From Candidatus Iainarchaeum sp. (GTDB taxonomy: Archaea; Iainarchaeota; Iainarchaeia; Iainarchaeales; JAFCCJ01), in the NCBI GenBank assembly GCA_043816965.1, contig JBDRHK010000019.1, positions 1 to 32,054 on the forward strand: a stretch of 32,054 nt of DNA. The letters are read 5' to 3'. A model generated the notes under the pieces. The model saw only the letters and a program-made list of their open reading frames with translations, was not told the origin of the DNA and searched no databases. Positions 25,556 through 32,054 of this stretch are shown here, one piece after another (within the stretch, counting starts at the first letter, position 1; each line of letters starts with the position of its first letter). A program made the position numbers and the translations under genes.

Positions 25556-26487
25556 AAGTTCTGGTAATGGACAAGGTTGCAAAGGCGGCTGTTGAACTGC
25601 TTAGGGAAAATGGCCTCGAGGTTGAGGAAGCGGAAGGGCTGGGAGAAGAGGAAATGATGGGGAAGATTAAAGGATTTGATGCCCTGATTGTGAGGAGCGC
25701 AACAAAGGTTACAAAAAATGTGATTGGCGCGGCAGATAGCTTAAAAGTTATAGGGAGGGCAGGGGCAGGGGTGGATAATATCGATGTTAGTTCAGCAAGC
25801 GCGAAAGGGATTAAGGTTCTGAACACTCCGGGGGCAAACACAATAAGTGTTGCAGAACACACTCTCGCAATGGTGCTTTCCCTCTGCAGGAGAACCCCGA
25901 AAGCTCATGCCTCCCTAAGGGATGGCAAATGGGAGAAGCATCTCTTTAAGGGAAGGGAATTGTATTGCAAAACTATCGGCGTAATAGGCGCAGGCAAGAT
26001 TGGGAGAGAAGTGATAAAAAGATTGAAGGCTTTTGATGTCAATATTCTGGTTGCAGATCCGTTTTTGGATGAGGCTGGTGCGAAGGAACTGGGAGTTAAA
26101 AAGGTGGGGATGGATGAATTATTGAAAGACTCTTTCCTGATAACAATTCATGTCCCTATGACAGATAAAACAAGGAATCTTTTGGATGAAAAGGAATTCA
26201 ATGAGATGAAGGACGGGGTTAAAATCATCAATATCGCAAGGGGCGGCATTGTGAATGAGAAGGCCCTTTTGAATGCATTGAATTCTGGAAAGGTCGCGGG
26301 GGCGGCAATTGACACATTTGAGAATGAGCCAAATCCAATGCCTGAACTGTTGAAACATGACAATGTTGTTGTGACCCCCCATTTAGGGGCCGCAACTGTT
26401 GAGGCCCAGGACAGGGCAGGGTTGCAGGTTGCCGGGCAGATTGTAAAAGCGCTTCAGCAAAATGAGTTCATCAACGCTGTCAACTAG
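25552..26487 (+). CDS. serA: D-3-phosphoglycerate dehydrogenase, short form without ACT domain
   Basis: IVRSATKV, RAGAGVDNID, GAGKIG, NIARGG, TPHLGAATVEAQ. Confidence 0.85.
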   Translation: MKVLVMDKVAKAAVELLRENGLEVEEAEGLGEEEMMGKIKGFDALIVRSATKVTKNVIGAADSLKVIGRAGAGVDNIDVSSASAKGIKVLNTPGANTISVAEHTLAMVLSLCRRTPKAHASLRDGKWEKHLFKGRELYCKTIGVIGAGKIGREVIKRLKAFDVNILVADPFLDEAGAKELGVKKVGMDELLKDSFLITIHVPMTDKTRNLLDEKEFNEMKDGVKIINIARGGIVNEKALLNALNSGKVAGAAIDTFENEPNPMPELLKHDNVVVTPHLGAATVEAQDRAGLQVAGQIVKALQQNEFINAVN

Positions 26488-27298
26488 ATTTTTTGTGCAG
26501 TTTTGAGTAAGGGCCAATAAAATATGCCTTTGTAGGGGTGAGCAAGACCCGCCTGTCTGAAAGGTAGATGTTCACCCTCAAAATGTTTTTTTTAACCGCT
26601 TCCGAGGAGAAAAGTTTCAGGAATTCCTTCAGCTTTTTTGCCTGAATGGAAACAGTCCTCCCCCTTTTCTTTGAATCAAAATTTTTTGAGATCAGTTCCA
26701 GGAATTCCTCGTCGGCAGATTCAACTGAAATGTCCCTCAAATTCTCATTTGAAACAATTTTTTGTATCAATTGCGGGGTTTGTTTCAACTCCTTCTCAAT
26801 TATGTCATTGAAATCAAGATTTTTCAGGGACTTCACCTGCTCCCCCAGAATTTTGGAGATATATGCAAGGTGCTCCCGTCTTCCCTCTATTCCCTTTTCC
26901 AGATTTTCAATGTCAGAAACATAGAAATCGGTTGAGCCCCTTGCCGCTTTCAGCAAATCAGTGTCTTCCTTCGACCTTTCAATGAGGTTGTGCAGGGACT
27001 CGACTATTGTGTCAACTTCCCCCAAACTGTTCCTTGATTTTACCGCATTATTCAGGCGCATAAGGAGCTTGTTCTTCATCTCGAGGTTGATGGTTGTGGT
27101 TGCTTTTTCAGTTGCAAAAAGATGGGATTCCCTCTTGAAAACAAAACCAAACGCGATTAAATCCTTCAGCGCCCTTGAAAGGGCGGCACGGGCAGAATTT
27201 ATTGTGGAATAATTCGCCGCAACCTTGTTCAGAAGGGAGCTGTACTCAATTCCGGGATTTTGCTTGATAATTAACAAAATAGAATTTTTTGTTGTCAT
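26480..27298 (-). CDS. Hypothetical protein with N-terminal winged-helix-like region
   Basis: 272-aa ORF; ILLIIKQNPGI...ALSRALKDLIAFGFV. Confidence 0.7.
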   Translation of the reverse strand: MTTKNSILLIIKQNPGIEYSSLLNKVAANYSTINSARAALSRALKDLIAFGFVFKRESHLFATEKATTTINLEMKNKLLMRLNNAVKSRNSLGEVDTIVESLHNLIERSKEDTDLLKAARGSTDFYVSDIENLEKGIEGRREHLAYISKILGEQVKSLKNLDFNDIIEKELKQTPQLIQKIVSNENLRDISVESADEEFLELISKNFDSKKRGRTVSIQAKKLKEFLKLFSSEAVKKNILRVNIYLSDRRVLLTPTKAYFIGPYSKLHKKSS

Positions 27299-27347
27299 GT
27301 TAATAATGTAATTCGCAAGGATTTAAAAATAAAGTAGGGTGCTTAAA

Positions 27348-27629
27348 TCAGGCAACCAATTCAACTTTCTTCATCCTTTTGGGGATGACAAAATAGTGCT
27401 TGTTTCCGCAGGTTGTGCATTCTGCGATGAAAGTTGGCTTCTTGTTCTGCTTTTTTACGGTTGCCGTGAACTCCGCCTTTCCGCCATAGCCCTGCTTGTG
27501 CTTTCTCACATTTTCCCTTGTTCCCCAGCTCATGGCCCTGGCCGAGCCTGACTTGAATAGCTTGAGCTTGTGCTCTGTATGGCTATTGCATTTGGGGCAA
27601 AAGTCCTTCACAGTCTTTGGTAGATTCAT
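27348..27629 (-). CDS. rpl44e: 50S ribosomal protein L44e (eL42)
   Basis: P...FCPKCNSHTEH, GYGG, KKP, CTTC zinc finger. Confidence 0.95.
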   Translation of the reverse strand: MNLPKTVKDFCPKCNSHTEHKLKLFKSGSARAMSWGTRENVRKHKQGYGGKAEFTATVKKQNKKPTFIAECTTCGNKHYFVIPKRMKKVELVA

Positions 27630-27783
27630 TCTAAAACACCTAAAAAAGCGTTAAAATCAGCCCTAATGGGCATAACAATTCTACAGGAGAAGGTTTAAAA
27701 ATGCTTTTCTATCCCCTCAAACATTCAGAGGCATGGCGGGGGTGAAATAAAAAAAAGAAAAAAAAGGGCAGTATTTTACTGCC

Positions 27784-28137
27784 TTAAGCTTTGGAAGCCA
27801 AATTCCAAATGGCTTTCACTGCCACGAGCAATGCTGCCGGTGCAACGAAGACCGCAATCTGCAACATGATTGATGCAAGATAGACTCCAATTACCGGAAT
27901 CACGGCCAAGCTGGCAGCAGCTGTACCTGTCAGCATTAGTGCTGCAGCTGCAATCAGGAATTTATGTGTCTCCTTGTCAGTTATGTTAAGCAGGCCAACA
28001 ATTAGCCCCAAAATTACCAACAAGAGAGGTATCCAAGCTGCCAATGGGCCAAGTAGCCCAGTAGCTCCTATTCCTGCAATCACTGCAATTATAATGCCTA
28101 CTATGAAAGCAATGCTACCTATCTTTTGAAGATCCAT
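27784..28137 (-). CDS. Small multi-pass membrane protein (117 aa)
   Basis: ATG 28137 follows a strong GAGGAGGTG RBS; hydrophobic helices with GLIVGLLNITDKE; T-tract downstream. Confidence 0.8.
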   Translation of the reverse strand: MDLQKIGSIAFIVGIIIAVIAGIGATGLLGPLAAWIPLLLVILGLIVGLLNITDKETHKFLIAAAALMLTGTAAASLAVIPVIGVYLASIMLQIAVFVAPAALLVAVKAIWNLASKA

Positions 28138-28322
28138 GGGAAAAACACCTCCTCTTAAACGATTACAAAAGGTTATATATAAACCTTTCTGATTCTGTTT
28201 TTTTTCGGCAAACGCCTTAAAAGCCAACCCGGAGAAAAACAGCAGCCAGGGAGTCCCAAAACCCAGCTAAGCAAACCCGCGCATAGCAAATAATTAAAAA
28301 CAACAAAGCTGTTAATCTAATC

Positions 28323-29120
28323 ATGCTAAGGGCATTTACCAATGCAGGGCTGATGTTTATCAGGAAACCGGCCATTATCCTGCCGGCAATTTTTGTTGGC
28401 ATTCTAAACCTTATTGTCCTGTTTTTTGCATGGGATAATATTGAGGGTTTCCTTTATGAGCTGCTTGTGCTGGGAAAGGCCCCAGGGGGAGGATTTTTCG
28501 ATATTCCTTTCCAGATCTTTCTCTATTATCCAGTAGATATAATTATCTGCGGGATTGCATTCTTTGCAATAGCTATACTCCAGTTCTATCTTCTTTTTGT
28601 GCTTACTGAAATTGTAAAACCCAAAGGAAGCGGAGTCCTGATTGCAATGGGAAAGGGGGTAAAAAGAATTGATGATGCAATTGTTCTCACCCTTTTTGTG
28701 CTTGTTGCCGGCTTTCTTGCGGTGCTGGTCTTATACATAATTATTGGGATTTTGATGGCGTTTGGGGAATTGGGTTTGCTTCTCCTCTTCCTTGCGGGAT
28801 TGCTTTATTTTTTATTGCTGGCTTTCATTATGCTAAAATTATCATTCCTGCCATTTGTGATGGGTGTAAAAGGCATTAAGCTCAAGCCAGCGCTAAAGGA
28901 GGTCTGGAAATGGAGCACAGGCATAAACCGCCTTGCCTCAATACTTGTTATACTGTTGGTGGTGGCATTTATCGGTTCAATAATCAATTCAATAGGAATT
29001 TCCATCGGGGACCTGATTCCCGGTGAATTCTTCGGGTTTATCCCTATTTACTTCTTTATGCTAATTTCGCTTGCCTATTCCATACTGGTGCCCTCTATCT
29101 ATTATTCCTCAACCCAGTAG
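28323..29120 (+). CDS. Multi-pass membrane protein
   Basis: 265 aa with about six hydrophobic segments. Confidence 0.8.
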   Translation: MLRAFTNAGLMFIRKPAIILPAIFVGILNLIVLFFAWDNIEGFLYELLVLGKAPGGGFFDIPFQIFLYYPVDIIICGIAFFAIAILQFYLLFVLTEIVKPKGSGVLIAMGKGVKRIDDAIVLTLFVLVAGFLAVLVLYIIIGILMAFGELGLLLLFLAGLLYFLLLAFIMLKLSFLPFVMGVKGIKLKPALKEVWKWSTGINRLASILVILLVVAFIGSIINSIGISIGDLIPGEFFGFIPIYFFMLISLAYSILVPSIYYSSTQ

Positions 29121-29178
29121 GGGGAGAGGAAGCTTAAAAAACAATGGGAACTAAATTATTTCTGAGCCGCGTGGTTAA

Positions 29179-32054
29179 ATGGTTAAAATAAGCAAGCTAA
29201 TCTTAAAAAATTTCAAATCATTCAAGAAGGCAGAGATACCCTTCTCAAATGGCTTTACCGCAATAGTTGGCGCAAATGCGAGTGGTAAAAGCAATGTTTT
29301 AGATGCACTGCTTTTCGCTTTTGGTGCCACCTCACTAAAACTTCTTCGGGCATCGCGCCTTACAGAACTTGTACACCATGATGCTGAGGAGGGATATGCA
29401 AAAGTAACTGCAGAATTATCTGACGGGGACAAAACGATTTCAATTTCAAGGATAATCGATCGGCAGGGAAAATCAATTGTAAAGCTTGACGGGAAAAGGA
29501 AAAGCCTTAATGAGGTGGCTGCGCTCCTCCTTGAACTGGGGATAAGACCTACAGGGCACAATATAGTTGTGCAGGGGGATGTTACAAAGATAATTGAAAT
29601 GACCGCAAAGGAGAGAAGGGGAATTATCGATGAGGTTGCAGGGCTGGCCGAATTTGAGGAGAAAAAAGAGGAGTCAATAAAGAAGCTTGACAAGGTCGAT
29701 GCAAGGATTAAGGACGCCACACTTGTTTTGAATGAGAGGGAGTCCTATCTTGAGGGGCTGTCAGCCGAGAGGGAAGCCGCGCTTAAGTTCAATGAGCTGG
29801 GCAAGGAGCTGAAAAGCAGCAAAGCCACAATTATAAACGAGGAATTCAGGAGGATTAAGGCAGAAATGGCCGGCGCAAATAAGAAAAACGATGCCATGAG
29901 AGAAGAGATTGAAAGAAGGATTAAGGAAAAGGAATCCCTGAAATCTGAGGAAAAGGAGCTGGAGAAAAAGATTGAGGGGATTACTGAAAAGATGATTCAT
30001 GCCAGCGAAAAAACCTATTCAACCTTCGGGCGCGAGGTTGAGGAAAAGAAGGGGGAATTGCGGCTTGTGAAAGAGAGGCTTGAGAGGGCGGAAGAAAGGA
30101 TTGTTGCAAGCTCCTCAAGGCAGCAGGAACTGAAAGAAAGGCAGAGGGAACTGCTGAAAATTAAACTGGAAAAAAAGGAGCATCTGAAGATTCTTACAGA
30201 TAAGATGGGTGAGCTCAAATCACAGATAGGGAGAATTTCCTCCCTTGTTGAGGCAAGGTCGGCGAAAGTTGAAAAGAAAGGGGACAAGGTTAAAAGCGAT
30301 GAGGAAAGGCTTGCCGCAGTTATGGATGATCTTGGGGAGTTGAGGAAGGAATTTTATTCGAAGGGCTCGAAAGCCGACTCCTTGTCCAGGGAGATTGAGA
30401 TGAAAGGAGAAGAGAGGGATAAGCTGCTTAAGGCTGTTGATGATTTAAGAAACAGGGTTTTAAGGAGAAAGGAGCTGGAGAAAAAGATTGAGAAACTGTC
30501 CTCCCCAAACCCAAGGGGCCTGATTGAGAGAAATGATGTGGAGAATGGCTCTGAAAGGAATATGCTGGGATACCTTAAAAGCCGGAGGGATTCCCTTAAG
30601 GAAGCAAAGAAAAGCATTGGTGAGGCCGATTCTTTTTGCCCCATATGCGAAAATGTGCTTAATGAAAAGGCGAAAAGCGGGCTGATTGCAAAAAAGGCAA
30701 AGGAAATTGAGGAAGCCGAAAAGGGAATTGTTCTACAGGAGGGAAAGATATCCAGGCTCCTGAAGGAGAGGAAGGAGCTTGAGGCAAGGCTTGAGGAAAT
30801 GCAGAAAACAGGGTATGAGATAAAGGCCCTTGCCCCCAGCCAGGGGGAACTTGAGGAGGCCGAGTCAAAACTGAAAAGGCTGAACCTTGATGAAATGAGG
30901 AAGGAAATTGGCTTCCTGAATTCCTCAAAGGCTGTGCTGGAGGGGAAGATCAAAAAACTTGAGGCCGAGAAAAAAGAAACCCATGACAGGGTTGAAGCTT
31001 TCAGGAAAAGCGAGGAGAATGTCGAACTTGGGAGTTTAATCGACAAGCAAAACAAGCTGCAGGAGGCAAAGGGCCTGCAGGAGAATGATTATGCGAGAAC
31101 AGAGACAGAACTTAAGGAGGGCATAGCCAGGGAGGAAGGGGCGATTGCAAAGGAGATGGAATCGCTGTTGGATGAATTCGGAAAACTGAAGATTGAGAAG
31201 GAGAAAAACAGCGGAATCTTTTCCGGGCTTTCTGAGGAAATTGAAAAAAGGAAGGCAGAGCTTGACAGGGCCGAAAATGAAAACAGGCTGCTTGAGGAGG
31301 AGAAGGGAAGGCTTGGCACAAAGCTCTCAAACCTCAATGAGAAGCTTGCAACAACAGAGGCAAAGGTTGAAATTCTTGAGAAGGGGCTTAACGAGATTGC
31401 GATAGAGCAGTCAAAGAACGAGGTAAGGGTTGTCGACCTTGAGCAGGAGCTAAATGAGTATGAGGGGGTAAAAATGCTGAAGGAGTTTACCCTTCCTGAA
31501 CTGAAGAAACGGGTTCCTGAAATTGAGCGGGAGATTGCGGCTTTGGGTGCAATCAACATGAAGGCACTGGAAAGCTTTGACCATTACCGTGTTGAGGTGG
31601 AAGATATGAGGGGGAAGGCCAAAAAGCTTGATGAGGAGAGGCTGGCTGTGCTTAACCTTATCGACAAAATTGAGGTGAAAAAGCTTAACATATTCATGGA
31701 CTGCTTTAACCATATAAACAGGAAGTTCAACGAACTCTATTATTCATTCTTTAGCGGGGAGGGAAAATTGGGCCTCAGCGATGAGGAAAACCCGCTTGAG
31801 GGAGGTCTGCTGATACAGGCAAAGTACAAGGAGGACAAGCTGAAAAGCATTGATGCAATGAGCGGAGGGGAAAAGAGCCTTACTGCGCTGGCGTTCCTTT
31901 TCGCAATCCAGTCCTTTGAGCCTGCGCCTTTTTATATTTTAGACGAGGTTGATGCAGCACTCGATAAGGAAAACTCGCTTAAAATCGGCAGGATGATAAA
32001 GGAGATAAGCGGGCAGAGCCAGTTTATTTCAATAACCCACAATGATTCAATAGT
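29179..32054 (+). CDS. smc: Smc-family chromosome segregation ATPase with central CxxC hook; 3' end outside window; not in ORF track
   Basis: Manually translated, open for 958 codons. Motifs: NFKSF, Walker A GANASGKSN, LRA, GHNIVVQGDV, LGAINMKA, signature MSGGEKS, FYILDEVDAALD, QFISITH; CPIC at residues 487-490. Confidence 0.92.
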   Translation, partial: MVKISKLILKNFKSFKKAEIPFSNGFTAIVGANASGKSNVLDALLFAFGATSLKLLRASRLTELVHHDAEEGYAKVTAELSDGDKTISISRIIDRQGKSIVKLDGKRKSLNEVAALLLELGIRPTGHNIVVQGDVTKIIEMTAKERRGIIDEVAGLAEFEEKKEESIKKLDKVDARIKDATLVLNERESYLEGLSAEREAALKFNELGKELKSSKATIINEEFRRIKAEMAGANKKNDAMREEIERRIKEKESLKSEEKELEKKIEGITEKMIHASEKTYSTFGREVEEKKGELRLVKERLERAEERIVASSSRQQELKERQRELLKIKLEKKEHLKILTDKMGELKSQIGRISSLVEARSAKVEKKGDKVKSDEERLAAVMDDLGELRKEFYSKGSKADSLSREIEMKGEERDKLLKAVDDLRNRVLRRKELEKKIEKLSSPNPRGLIERNDVENGSERNMLGYLKSRRDSLKEAKKSIGEADSFCPICENVLNEKAKSGLIAKKAKEIEEAEKGIVLQEGKISRLLKERKELEARLEEMQKTGYEIKALAPSQGELEEAESKLKRLNLDEMRKEIGFLNSSKAVLEGKIKKLEAEKKETHDRVEAFRKSEENVELGSLIDKQNKLQEAKGLQENDYARTETELKEGIAREEGAIAKEMESLLDEFGKLKIEKEKNSGIFSGLSEEIEKRKAELDRAENENRLLEEEKGRLGTKLSNLNEKLATTEAKVEILEKGLNEIAIEQSKNEVRVVDLEQELNEYEGVKMLKEFTLPELKKRVPEIEREIAALGAINMKALESFDHYRVEVEDMRGKAKKLDEERLAVLNLIDKIEVKKLNIFMDCFNHINRKFNELYYSFFSGEGKLGLSDEENPLEGGLLIQAKYKEDKLKSIDAMSGGEKSLTALAFLFAIQSFEPAPFYILDEVDAALDKENSLKIGRMIKEISGQSQFISITHNDSI

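Noticed and set aside
26489..26500. Isolated TGCACAAAAAA on the minus strand
   Set aside because: A single box inside coding sequence (LHKK) with none of the module context; probably chance.
29179..32054. Annotation as ordinary Rad50/SbcC
   Set aside because: The D-loop is DEVDAALD rather than DEPT-type, the Smc joint motif LGAINMKA and the QGDV Q-loop are present, and no mre11 lies upstream.

Overview
Archaeal genomic segment, most likely from a DPANN-type lineage such as Diapherotrites/Iainarchaeota (inferred from eL42/L44e, TATA-type leaderless promoters, an SGC lipobox and gene content; not verified). (1) 1-6.8 kb is an accessory region. It holds orphan ORFs, a TrmB-like regulator, a CX5R phosphatase and an AT-rich Fic gene, punctuated by a recurring non-coding module with phased TGCACAAAA boxes placed just upstream of the orphan genes' promoters. 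(2) 6.9-18.8 kb holds a very acidic HerA-like ATPase, glmS-glmM-(acetyltransferase-only glmU), a THUMP-less ThiI, membrane proteins, tRNA-Ser(CGA), a second Fic gene, a lipoprotein and mscS. (3) 18.9-26.5 kb holds a his operon (G, D, B, H, F and a fused A-I-E) plus an AbrB-ACT regulator divergent from a serC-like aminotransferase and serA. (4) 26.5 kb to the end holds rpl44e, membrane proteins and an Smc gene missed by the ORF track because it runs off the window. The most striking observation is that this Smc has a condensin-type head and joint, but no hinge domain. It carries a central Rad50-like CPIC zinc hook instead. The second is the repeat-module/cargo-gene array at the left end.
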